A stretch of 64,000 nt of DNA. It comes from Sedimentisphaerales bacterium (GTDB lineage: Bacteria; Planctomycetota; Phycisphaerae; Sedimentisphaerales; Anaerobacaceae). The position numbers and the translations under genes are program-made. The first letter of the stretch is position 1; the number at the start of each line of letters is the position of its first letter. The notes under the pieces are model-generated. The model made no database searches and was not told the DNA's origin. It saw only the letters and a list, made by a program, of their open reading frames with translations. Positions 8,292 through 17,526 of the stretch are shown here, in pieces. Location of the stretch: positions 480,001 to 544,000 of the forward strand of contig OY970194.1 in assembly GCA_963708075.1 (NCBI GenBank), given 5' to 3'.

Positions 8292-10928
8292 ATGACACGA
8301 CCCACTGACAATTTAAGTCCGGCGATGAAGCAGTTTCAGCATTTCAAGGGCAAGCACCCGGACTGCATTCTGTTCTTCCGGATGGGGGATTTCTACGAGA
8401 CGTTCTACGAGGACGCCAAGACGTGCTCGAAGGTGCTCGGACTGACGCTGACGAGCCGGGATAAGGGCAGCGCCAACCCCGTTCCGCTGGCCGGCGTGCC
8501 GTACCACGCGATCGACGGGTATCTCAAGAAGATGCTCCAGGCTGGCTATCGCGTCGCGGTCTGCGAGCAGGTGGAAGACCCGAAGACCGCCAAGGGGGTG
8601 GTCAAACGCGATGTCGTTCGCATCGTAACGCCCGGCACGCTCACCGATGACATGCTTCTTGAAAACAAGAAGGACAACTTCCTGTGCGCGATCGATCTCG
8701 ACGTGAAGGGCTACGCGGCGATGAGCTGGGTCGATATCTCGACGGGGCATTTCTTCGTCCAACGGGTAGCGGAGAAGGAGCTGCTCAGCGAGTTGCAGCG
8801 TCTGGCCCCGGCCGAATGCCTGCTGGCCGACCGGCGGGGCGAATTGTTCGAGCTGGAGACCCGGAAACTCGCCAAAGACATCGGCCAACTGACCCGCGCG
8901 ATCATCACGGAGCGGCCGAGCTGGTACTTTGATCCCTATCAGGCCAGGCAGCGGCTGCTCAAGCACTTCGCCGCCGCCACCCTGGAAGGGTTCGGCATTA
9001 TTGACGGCGATCAGGACCTGATCCCGCCGGCGGGCGCCATCGTCGAGTATCTCAACGAAACGCAGCGGACGACGCTTGGACACATCCAGAGTCTGCGCAA
9101 GATCAGCCGGGGCAACTTCCTGCAGATCGATCCGGCCTCGCTTCGCAGTCTGGAGATCCTGCAGACGATCCGCACCGAAGATCGCAAGGGCTCATTGCTG
9201 GCCTGCCTCGACGATACGCTGACCGGCATGGGCGGGCGGATGTTTCGCAACTGGCTGTGCATGCCGTTGTGCGAGGTCGCCGCCATCGAAGCACGGCAGG
9301 ATGCGGTCCAGGAGTTGAAAGAGGACGCACAGAGATTGTCGCAGATCCGCGAGCTGCTGGCCAACGTCGCGGACACCGAGCGCATCGCCGCCCGGATCAG
9401 CACGTTCCGCGCCAGCCCGCGAGACTTGCTGGCCCTGGCCCGCACGCTGCGCCAGGTGCCTCAACTTCGCAATTTGCTCACCGGATTGCAGGCGGATCTG
9501 AACTCACGTTTGGCTGAGCAGTGTGACAGCATGGACGAGCTGGCTGGCCTGCTCGAATCGGCCATCGAGCCGAATTGCCCGCCGCACCTTCGCGACGGCG
9601 GGGTCATACGAAACGGCTTCTCCCAGGAACTCGACCGGCTTCGCTCGATCTCCACCGACGGCCAAAGCTGGCTGCGCAACTACCAGAAGGAGCAGGCCCA
9701 GCGCACCGGCATTGCGAATCTGAAAGTCGGCTTCAACAACGTCTTCGGCTATTACATCGAGATCTCGAATGCCTCAGCGGACAAGGCCCCGGCCGACTAC
9801 GTCCGCAAGCAGACTGTCAAGAACGCCGAACGATACATCACCGAGCAGCTCAAACACTATGAGAACGAGGTGCTGACGGCTGAGGACAAGGCCCTGGAAT
9901 TGGAGCAGCGGCTCTTCGAGGACCTGCGCCGGGAGTCGGCGAAGTACATCCCGCGTTTGCAGCAGCTTGCCGACACGATGGCCCAATGCGACTGCCTGTC
10001 GTCGCTCGCGCATTTAGCCGCACGGCGCAACTATTGCCGGCCGAAAGTCACCGCCGAGCCTCGGCTGGTGATCCGCGAGGGCAAGCATCCCGTGCTCGCG
10101 GAAATGCTCGGCGCGGAATTCGTGCCCAACGACGTGGAGCTGGGCAGCGGGGCGGGGGACATTGCCGTGATTACGGGCCCGAACATGAGCGGCAAGAGCA
10201 CCTACATCCGCCAGATTGCCCTGCTGACGCTCATGGCGCAGACGGGTTCATTTATCCCCGCCAAGGAAGCCGAGATCGGGCTGGTGGACCGAATCTTCAC
10301 TCGCGTCGGGGCATCGGACGAGTTAGCGCGAGGCCAGTCCACGTTCATGGTGGAAATGACCGAGACGGCCAACATCATCAACAACGCGACCGCCCGCTCG
10401 CTCGTGATTCTCGATGAGGTCGGCCGGGGCACGAGCACCTATGATGGCCTGGCCCTCGCCTGGGCGATCACCGAGCACATCGCCACCCGGCTCAAGTGCC
10501 GCACCCTGTTCGCCACGCATTACCACGAGCTGACCGAGCTGGCCGAGCTGTTCGACAACATCCGCAACTGCAACGTGGCGGTCCGAGAGTGGATGGACGA
10601 GGTCGTCTTTCTGCACCGCATACTTCCCGGCGGCACGGACAAAAGCTACGGCATCCACGTTGCCAAGTTGGCCGGCATCCCCAAGTCGATCCTCGCCCGC
10701 TCCAACGAGATCCTCGAAGAGCTCGAATCCGCCTTCGCCAAGGAGGCCGCCGGCGACCGCCTCGCCCGCCACAAGACCAAAGAGCCCGACGCCGAAGCCC
10801 TCTTCATCCAAAAGCACAAGTCGGTCTTAGACAAGCTCGCCACCATCGACGTCAACCACCTCACCCCCATAGAAGCCATCAACCTCCTGAGCCAGATCAA
10901 GGAGGAGATGCGCACCGAAGAACCGTAG
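8292..10928 (+). CDS. mutS: DNA mismatch repair protein MutS
   Basis: FFRMGDFYE, GPNMSGKST, STFMVEM, DEVGRGT, FATHYHEL, SYGIHVA. Confidence 0.98.
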   Translation: MTRPTDNLSPAMKQFQHFKGKHPDCILFFRMGDFYETFYEDAKTCSKVLGLTLTSRDKGSANPVPLAGVPYHAIDGYLKKMLQAGYRVAVCEQVEDPKTAKGVVKRDVVRIVTPGTLTDDMLLENKKDNFLCAIDLDVKGYAAMSWVDISTGHFFVQRVAEKELLSELQRLAPAECLLADRRGELFELETRKLAKDIGQLTRAIITERPSWYFDPYQARQRLLKHFAAATLEGFGIIDGDQDLIPPAGAIVEYLNETQRTTLGHIQSLRKISRGNFLQIDPASLRSLEILQTIRTEDRKGSLLACLDDTLTGMGGRMFRNWLCMPLCEVAAIEARQDAVQELKEDAQRLSQIRELLANVADTERIAARISTFRASPRDLLALARTLRQVPQLRNLLTGLQADLNSRLAEQCDSMDELAGLLESAIEPNCPPHLRDGGVIRNGFSQELDRLRSISTDGQSWLRNYQKEQAQRTGIANLKVGFNNVFGYYIEISNASADKAPADYVRKQTVKNAERYITEQLKHYENEVLTAEDKALELEQRLFEDLRRESAKYIPRLQQLADTMAQCDCLSSLAHLAARRNYCRPKVTAEPRLVIREGKHPVLAEMLGAEFVPNDVELGSGAGDIAVITGPNMSGKSTYIRQIALLTLMAQTGSFIPAKEAEIGLVDRIFTRVGASDELARGQSTFMVEMTETANIINNATARSLVILDEVGRGTSTYDGLALAWAITEHIATRLKCRTLFATHYHELTELAELFDNIRNCNVAVREWMDEVVFLHRILPGGTDKSYGIHVAKLAGIPKSILARSNEILEELESAFAKEAAGDRLARHKTKEPDAEALFIQKHKSVLDKLATIDVNHLTPIEAINLLSQIKEEMRTEEP

Positions 10929-10970
10929 TGCCTCAAAGCAGACGAGCGTGGGTGTCAACCGGCGTTCCGA

Positions 10971-10997
10971 TGTCATTCCAGCAAAGGCGGGAATCCA
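10971..10997 (+). repeat. REP of the TGTCATTCCCGCGAAGGCGGGAATCCA family
   Basis: Palindromic unit also at 30413, 30633, 30779 (+) and 34750, 34886, 35281 (-). Confidence 0.8.
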
Positions 10998-11057
10998 CGT
11001 GAGTGTGGGGTGTGCATAATGTGTCATCTCTTCTCGCCATGCTGTGCTCAGAGACTG

Positions 11058-12419
11058 TTATATCTGCAGTCGCGGGACTCCCGCTTGAGCAGCTGCAGAG
11101 TCCTGCGGTCCAACGGTCAGTGAAGGATCATACTCGACTTTCAACACTTCTGTCACGATCATCGGGATGAATTCTTCACGTGGTCCTTGGATCGTCTCCC
11201 CAAGGTGAGCTTTCCAATACACTCGGACTTTCACATCTATATCAATGTGATACGGCATTCTCGCTAATGCAGTACGGATCTGGGTGGCTTGCGCTGATGG
11301 TAATGCTTTGTAGATCGCATCCAGAACATCTTCCCCGAAATCAAACGTGATCATGCACTCAAGACCGCCAACGTCACACGTGGAGTTTGCAGCATAGTAG
11401 GACTCCGCCGACTTGATGATGTCTTGAAGCAGACATCCCTCGAAGGCTATCTCTTCCTCGCAAGTGATGCCCATCTTCTTCACTTGGAGGCCGAAGTCAG
11501 CGTGGAATTGCCGTAGTTCAGGCATTTTCAGATAACGTGGAAGTAGGTATTTTTCAACCTCTTCCCACCTTGCGCGGATGTCCTTGCAGTCAATGACGAA
11601 CAGTGGGTCCGACTTGCTGATGTGATAGAAGGCCAGTTGACGGCCGTTGCACAACGCATAATGCGCGCACCGCACATCGGGATGGATGGCATAGGAGTAT
11701 GTTTGCTCAACATGCGTGGACTGCACAATCGGCTCGTCCGGTGCCTTTGCCTCAAGCACCAATAGCGGCTCGGAGTCGTCGTACAGGGTGTAGTCAGGGA
11801 CAATGTTGATCTTGTGCTTTTTGCTTCCAATCATCACAAAGGGGTGGGCCAGTGGCTTGCTTCGCTCCATGCGAACCGAACCGGTCGCGCGGTATCCCGC
11901 CTTACGCAAGATTGGCGCAATAATGTCCTCGCGCACGGCATCCTCCTTGAAGGTGGGCTCGTCCAGCGCGGCAACATCGAAATCAAGCTCGTCGCGCAAC
12001 ATTGGTCCGAGAGTTGCGTCGGCTCGCTCGTTCGACTCCGACACCGCTTGCTGCAACTCGTCGAGGACCTCGCGTGTAAAGGAGTTGACCGCTTTCAACC
12101 GACCTGCACTACACAACCACACCTCGCACGCGCCCCATCCGTGTTTGGCAAGCTCGGGTGTCTCTGGGTTGACGAGCATTGAGAAGTCGAGGTAGGAGAT
12201 AAACCCCAAGTCAACGAGACGCTTGCAGTACTCTCTCACCTCCGGGATGTCGTAAAGCTCCCGCGGATCGTCCGAGAAGCCACGAATTGTACAAACGACA
12301 TGATCGTAGCGGTGCTCCTCACGGCTGTGTTTCATGATTTGCATCTGATCATGTATGTCGTCATCTGTGGCATCAAGGCCGAGATCGACGGTCAGGACAC
12401 GTTCAGTCATCCACGCCAT
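11058..12419 (-). CDS. DUF1817/CRR6-like domain fused to an HsdR_N-type PD-(D/E)xK nuclease
   Basis: GFSDDPRELYDIPEVREY (DUF1817-like); EDAVREDII..LRKAGY, PDY, LEAK, QTYSYA, LCNGRQL (HsdR_N-like); lower GC than flanks. Confidence 0.7.
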   Translation of the reverse strand: MAWMTERVLTVDLGLDATDDDIHDQMQIMKHSREEHRYDHVVCTIRGFSDDPRELYDIPEVREYCKRLVDLGFISYLDFSMLVNPETPELAKHGWGACEVWLCSAGRLKAVNSFTREVLDELQQAVSESNERADATLGPMLRDELDFDVAALDEPTFKEDAVREDIIAPILRKAGYRATGSVRMERSKPLAHPFVMIGSKKHKINIVPDYTLYDDSEPLLVLEAKAPDEPIVQSTHVEQTYSYAIHPDVRCAHYALCNGRQLAFYHISKSDPLFVIDCKDIRARWEEVEKYLLPRYLKMPELRQFHADFGLQVKKMGITCEEEIAFEGCLLQDIIKSAESYYAANSTCDVGGLECMITFDFGEDVLDAIYKALPSAQATQIRTALARMPYHIDIDVKVRVYWKAHLGETIQGPREEFIPMIVTEVLKVEYDPSLTVGPQDSAAAQAGVPRLQI

Positions 12420-12494
12420 CCTATGGAATTCCGGGGGCGCCTCATCTATTTGCGCTAGGGATCAAGTATGATGGCGGAGGTATCACGAGTCTGA

Positions 12495-12800
12495 TCATGC
12501 GCATACATACTGGACCTCCGCCTCGGCGACTACCTTATCGCGGAAGTAACGGCTCAAGTCTTCGGGTGTTCGCAAATCCACCTTGCGGCCGCCGAACAGG
12601 GCAGACAACTCCTCCTCCATGTCGAACAGTCGAAAGAATCCGGGGACGTGCCCCGGCTCAAAATCCACTAGCACGTCAACATCACTATCCGGCCCAAAAT
12701 CATCTCGCAGCGCGGAGCCAAAGATCGCCAGACGGCTGATGTGGTGTCGCCGGCAGAAATCGGCGATCTTGTCTTTGTCTATCATGACTTTCCCGTTCAT
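12495..12800 (-). CDS. Minimal nucleotidyltransferase (MNT/MntA-type antitoxin)
   Basis: [31 protein letters not shown]; 101 aa. Confidence 0.9.
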   Translation of the reverse strand: MNGKVMIDKDKIADFCRRHHISRLAIFGSALRDDFGPDSDVDVLVDFEPGHVPGFFRLFDMEEELSALFGGRKVDLRTPEDLSRYFRDKVVAEAEVQYVCA

Positions 12801-12894
12801 AGGTGCACTTGGAACAGATTCTATTGGCGGCAGGTGGCTAAGTCAATGTGATCCCGGCAAATCAGCGAGCGTTTCGACTGCCTGGTGGCTTGGG

Positions 12895-13222
12895 GGGTGC
12901 GGTCGGAATTCGGTGGCGGCGTGTAGCCGCTGTGTGCGGACTGCGTCTCTTTCGTCCCTTACGGGACTGGCTTTTGTCCTCGGCCCGGTTCCCCAGCGAT
13001 CAATCGCTGGGCTATTCTCTATCGCCCTGCGGGCTTGGACTTCGCTCCAGTCCTCTTGCATCGGCCCGTCCGCCCCACGGGGGCGATCGACACTAGCCCA
13101 CCGTTTCAACGGTGGGTACGATAGTCAATCCTATCTCAAAGCCCCGTAGGGGCGAAAGAAGACTGGGCTGCGCTCTTGTGTCGGGTGGAATCCGAATCCG
13201 CCACCGAATGGCGGCCACACCC
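12895..13222 (+). mobile_element. MITE family A copy
   Basis: Imperfect TIRs GGGTGCGGTCGGAATTCGGTGGCG / CGCCACCGAATGGCGGCCACACCC; exact 8-bp TSD GGCTTGGG (12887-12894, 13223-13230); internal palindromes. Confidence 0.85.
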
Positions 13223-13249
13223 GGCTTGGGAAGTGGGGGGATTCCAGGA

Positions 13250-13278
13250 TTGACGGGCCCGGGGGATTCGGGTATGGT
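13250..13278 (+). promoter_or_regulatory. Sigma70-type promoter of asnA
   Basis: TTGACG-17 bp-TATGGT. Confidence 0.5.
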
Positions 13279-13337
13279 TTGGGGGCGCCGTGGGGCGGTG
13301 CAGACGTTCGCTATGATTGTATCGTTTGGAGGTTCCG

Positions 13338-14378
13338 ATGCCGGATTTGATCTTGAATGGGGACTATAAGCCGATTCTGGGCCTGCGGGAGACGGAGCGG
13401 GGCATCAAGTTCATCAAGGATTTCTTTCAGGACCACCTCGCGGGGACGCTGAATCTGCAGCGGGTATCCGCGCCGCTGTTTCTCAGGAAGGGCTCCGGGA
13501 TCAACGACGATCTGAACGGGGTGGAGGCAAAGGCGTGCTTCCGCATCAAGGACGACGATCACTGCGAGGCGGAATGCCTGTTCTCGCTGGCGAAGTGGAA
13601 GCGGATGGTGCTGGCGGATTACGGGTTCGCGCCGGGCGAAGGGCTGTACACGGATATGAACGCGATCCGGCCGGACGAGGAATGCCTGGACAACCTGCAC
13701 TCGGTGTACGTGGACCAGTGGGACTGGGAGCGCATCATCAGCGAGCAGGAGCGCAACCTGGAGTTCCTCAAGACGATCGTGCGAAGGATTTACGCCGTGC
13801 TGCGGCAGACGGAGGCGGCGGTGCAGCAGCGATATCCGCAGATCACGCCGATCCTGCCGCCGGAGATCACGTTCGTCCATGCTGAAGAGCTGCTGGATCG
13901 CTGGCCGGACGTGGGGCCGCGGGAGCGGGAGAATCGAATCACGAAGGAGCTGGGGGCCGTGTTCGTGATCGGCATCGGCGGCGCACTGCGGGACGGGACC
14001 CTTCATGACGGCCGGGCGCCGGATTATGACGACTGGGTCACGCCCACCGGCAACGGCCGCAAAGGATTGAACGGCGATATCCTGCTGTGGTACCCGCTCT
14101 TGCACAGGGCGTTTGAGATCAGCTCGATGGGCATTCGCGTGAACAAGGATACGCTCGCGGAGCAATTGAAGATACGCGGGGCCCTGAACAGACGCGAGTT
14201 TGACTGGCACAAGCGGCTGCTGGCCGGCGAGCTGCCGCTGAGCATCGGCGGCGGGATCGGCCAGTCGCGACTATGCATGTTCTTCCTGCGCAAGTTGCAC
14301 GTCGGCGAAGTGCACGCCAGCGTGTGGCCGCAGTGGATGATCGAGAAGTGCAAGGCAGCCGGGGTCTCGCTGCTGTAG
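13338..14378 (+). CDS. asnA: Aspartate--ammonia ligase (asparagine synthetase A)
   Basis: SLAKWKR, HSVYVDQWDWE, RAPDYDDW, SIGGGIGQSRL; GGAGG RBS. Confidence 0.96.
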   Translation: MPDLILNGDYKPILGLRETERGIKFIKDFFQDHLAGTLNLQRVSAPLFLRKGSGINDDLNGVEAKACFRIKDDDHCEAECLFSLAKWKRMVLADYGFAPGEGLYTDMNAIRPDEECLDNLHSVYVDQWDWERIISEQERNLEFLKTIVRRIYAVLRQTEAAVQQRYPQITPILPPEITFVHAEELLDRWPDVGPRERENRITKELGAVFVIGIGGALRDGTLHDGRAPDYDDWVTPTGNGRKGLNGDILLWYPLLHRAFEISSMGIRVNKDTLAEQLKIRGALNRREFDWHKRLLAGELPLSIGGGIGQSRLCMFFLRKLHVGEVHASVWPQWMIEKCKAAGVSLL

Positions 14379-14404
14379 TCACCTCCGAGTCAGCGCAAAA
14401 GGAT

Positions 14405-14428
14405 GGGGATGGCTTTGCGGCCATCCCC
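14405..14428. terminator. Hairpin between convergent asnA and lipoprotein genes
   Basis: GGGGATGGC-loop-GCCATCCCC. Confidence 0.5.
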
Positions 14429-14480
14429 GATAGGTCCTGGCCTGTGGATCTGGCCACAGGCCTCTATGTGGCAACGGCGG

Positions 14481-17042
14481 TTACTTGGCCGCTGCCTCAG
14501 CCACGGAGGACTCCAATTCTGTACCGGAATTGCTGACTGTCACCGCTGAATCACTTACATTGGTTCGCGAATCACTGATCTTCACATCGGCCGGCGGCTT
14601 GTTGAGCTGCTGAATGGCCGTGATGATGTCCTTGGTCTGGCGAAGCGTTCGTTCCTGGATCTGCTGCATCTGGTCCGCGAGCGAGACCTGATCCTGTCGG
14701 AGTTGTGCGATCACATTCACGAGCGCCTGGATATCCTGGTTCACCTTGGCTTCGAACTGCGCCCGGCTTTGCCCGTTGGCGCCGAGTTGGGATGTCAGCC
14801 CATCGAGACTGGGCTGCAGAGAACCCTGAAGCTTTGTCAGGTGCTGCTCCAAAGCTGCAATACTCGTGGTGACGGTCTGCACGTTCGCCTGGGCGGCGTC
14901 GAGCCGTTGAGCCCATTGCTGCTGGCTCTGGACAAGCTCGGCGAGCTTGGCGGCCAGTTCCTGGCGGTCCGTCTGCACGGCCTGTGTCAGTCTGGCCTGG
15001 CCTTCGTTCAGGTCGATCACGTCAAGGGCGGTTTGGCCTGAGGTCGCCACGACGGCGTCCAAGCCGCTCTGCGTTTGTTGCTGGCTATTTGCCAGATCAG
15101 CAATCCGCCCATCGATTGCCGTGTTGTGGCTCTGCAGGTCCTGGGTCAGTGTGTCCTGGCCGGTGGCCATACTGATGACATCGAGCGCCGTCTGGCCGCT
15201 TGTGGCCACGACAAAGGCAAGACTGCCCTGCATCTGCTCCTGGCCGCCCGCAAGACCGGCCATTCGGCTGTCCACCGCCTGGCTGTGGCTCTGAAGCGCC
15301 TGTCGCAGGGCATCCTGCTGAGACGTCATCGCGATCACATCCAGGGCGGTCTGGCCTGTGGTCGCCGTGACCGCATCAAGACCGCTCTGCATTTGCTTCT
15401 GGTTATCTGTCAGGCCGGCGATCTGGCGAGTTGTTGCCTCGTCGTGCTTCTGCAGGGTCTGTTGCATCGACTCCTGCCGCGCGGCTGCCGCCTTGACATT
15501 CGCGGCGGTTTGCTGGACGGTTGCGGCAACCGTGTCGAGGCTGCCACGAAGCTGCTTCTGGTCATTGGTGGCGTCGGTGATCCGGCTCGTGATCGCTTCA
15601 CCTTGTTCCCTGATCGCCTTGTTCGTTGAGCTCTGCTCGGTGGCCACAGTCCGGAGGCCGGCGGCTATCTGATCAGTTCTCTCACGGAAGCTGCCCGTGC
15701 TTGCCTCGATGGCTCGCTGCAGTGCGACACTGCTGTCGCTCAACGCGATGACATCCAGTGCGGTCTGGCTGGCTGTGGCTGTGAGAACATCCATCTGGCC
15801 CTGCAACTGCTGTTGCCCGCCGGACAGTTGTGTCACCTGATCTCTCACTGCCTGGTGATTTGCCTTGACGGCGTCGTGCAAGCTCGTCTGTTCGGTGCGG
15901 ATGGTCCCCACGCTGCCGACGATGGTGTCTGCCTTCCGGTTGAGGCCGGTGAGATTGCTTTGCAGCCCTGCCTGGTTCTCGGAAAGGCCGGCGAGTTTTG
16001 CGGCGACAGTGCCATTGTCGCTGCTGAGCGTCTCGCGGATCGCCTCCTGACCTGCCGCTATAGCGGTAAGCTGGGAAGCGGTCTGGCCGGTCTTCTCAGT
16101 CAGTCCATTGATGCCCGCCTGGAGACCCTGCTGGTTCTCGATGACGGCCGCGACCTGGCCGGCTACGATCTTATGATTGGCGCCGAGTGTCTGCTGCATG
16201 GAGGTCTGGCCGGCGGCCAGGGCGGCGATGCCTTCGGTATTTTGCTTCGTCTGGCCCGCCAGGTGCTCCACGGCCACCTGTGTATTCTTCTGGTTTTGCT
16301 CCAGAATTGCGGATTTCTCAGCAAATACCACTTTGTGCTCGTTGAGCGTCTGCTGCATGGCGGTCTGGCCCTGCGAGATGCCCGTCACGTCCCTCGCGAC
16401 GACCCGCATGAACTTGTCCAGGCCTTCGAGGCCGCTGTAGATGCGATCCTGGCTGGCGGCCAGGGCAACGAGCTGCTCGGCCATTCTCAATTCGGCCTGC
16501 TGCAACTGCCCGATGTCGGTCCGGGTTTTTTCCTGGTTGGCGGCGACGGTCGCGATGCTCTCGCCCAGTTCCTGTCGGCTTGTTTGCACCATCTGATGCA
16601 GAGTCGCTTGCTCCCTGGCGATGGCGGTGACGTCGGAAGCCGTCTGTTGCGTGACACCGGCCACCTGGCCGACGCCATCGCGCAAAAGCCGCTGGTTCTC
16701 GTCCAGCGTCCCCATCCGTTTGTCTATCGCCTGGTGTCCGCTTGTGACCGTCCCATGGAGCGCATCTTGCTGGTTCTGAACGGTGGAGATGCCCGTGCCG
16801 AGGTCCTGGTCGTTGCGGTCGAGCTTCTGGATGCCTTCCTGGACCTCGTTATTGTTGACGTAGACTTGCGAGGAGACTGTGGCAAGCTGCCTTGCATTGG
16901 CGGCGACCATCGCCTGCAGCCTGATTTGATTCTCCTCCATCCTGGCCAATCGGTCATCGCAGCCGAAGATGCCGAGAGCCATGGCCCCGAGGAGAACGGT
17001 TAGAATGATCAGTCGCCCGATTGCACGTCCTTTTGCCTTCAT
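14481..17042 (-). CDS. Long Q/A/T-rich coiled-coil lipoprotein with 53-aa repeats
   Basis: AAAGGAG RBS, MKAKGR...LGIFGC lipobox; repeated ATxGQTALDVI units 53 aa apart. Confidence 0.8.
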   Translation of the reverse strand: MKAKGRAIGRLIILTVLLGAMALGIFGCDDRLARMEENQIRLQAMVAANARQLATVSSQVYVNNNEVQEGIQKLDRNDQDLGTGISTVQNQQDALHGTVTSGHQAIDKRMGTLDENQRLLRDGVGQVAGVTQQTASDVTAIAREQATLHQMVQTSRQELGESIATVAANQEKTRTDIGQLQQAELRMAEQLVALAASQDRIYSGLEGLDKFMRVVARDVTGISQGQTAMQQTLNEHKVVFAEKSAILEQNQKNTQVAVEHLAGQTKQNTEGIAALAAGQTSMQQTLGANHKIVAGQVAAVIENQQGLQAGINGLTEKTGQTASQLTAIAAGQEAIRETLSSDNGTVAAKLAGLSENQAGLQSNLTGLNRKADTIVGSVGTIRTEQTSLHDAVKANHQAVRDQVTQLSGGQQQLQGQMDVLTATASQTALDVIALSDSSVALQRAIEASTGSFRERTDQIAAGLRTVATEQSSTNKAIREQGEAITSRITDATNDQKQLRGSLDTVAATVQQTAANVKAAAARQESMQQTLQKHDEATTRQIAGLTDNQKQMQSGLDAVTATTGQTALDVIAMTSQQDALRQALQSHSQAVDSRMAGLAGGQEQMQGSLAFVVATSGQTALDVISMATGQDTLTQDLQSHNTAIDGRIADLANSQQQTQSGLDAVVATSGQTALDVIDLNEGQARLTQAVQTDRQELAAKLAELVQSQQQWAQRLDAAQANVQTVTTSIAALEQHLTKLQGSLQPSLDGLTSQLGANGQSRAQFEAKVNQDIQALVNVIAQLRQDQVSLADQMQQIQERTLRQTKDIITAIQQLNKPPADVKISDSRTNVSDSAVTVSNSGTELESSVAEAAAK

Positions 17043-17526
17043 CGTGACTCCTTTCAATTGCGACGGCTCCTGCCCACATCCCGGTGTGACTGACCCATTC
17101 CATTCCATGCCGCGCCGGTGACGGGCCCATACCTAAATAACCGCTTTCGCAGTACTGGTAAAGCCCCAACACCGCCTTTTCTTCATCGGCCGGGCAGCTT
17201 GGAAAGCTTTACCCTTTGTGGGACGCGTTCACAAGATGGGCATACTACAGGAGATACGACAATTTCGGGCAGGCCCGCGAGCGGGGCTTGCAGCCGTCGG
17301 TTGCGGCAGGTATTGAGGCGTTGAAGGGCTCCCCAGGCGAGGATGTAATTCCGTCAGTGAATCTTTGGCAGGGCGGTTTCAGCTCCCTGCAATCCAACTA
17401 TCGGCTTGAGTGAATCGGAGGGTTCTGGTACACTAGCACCGCATCTGCGGCGGCTGGACCGGTTCACCGGCCGGCCATCAGGGGAGAAAACGATAGTCGG
17501 AATCGCTATGGAGATCGAGGTTCGAA

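Noticed and set aside
8313..10936. Long antisense/shadow ORFs over mutS (likewise over purD, sulfatase, FG-GAP and GH2 genes)
   Set aside because: Expected by-product of GC-rich codon usage opposite real genes
12583..13149. ORFs inside MITE copies (also 22881-23502)
   Set aside because: No transposase motifs; similarity between them reflects the DNA repeat
17100..17526. Purine/ZTP riboswitch upstream of purD
   Set aside because: No recognisable consensus seen; a covariance-model search would be needed
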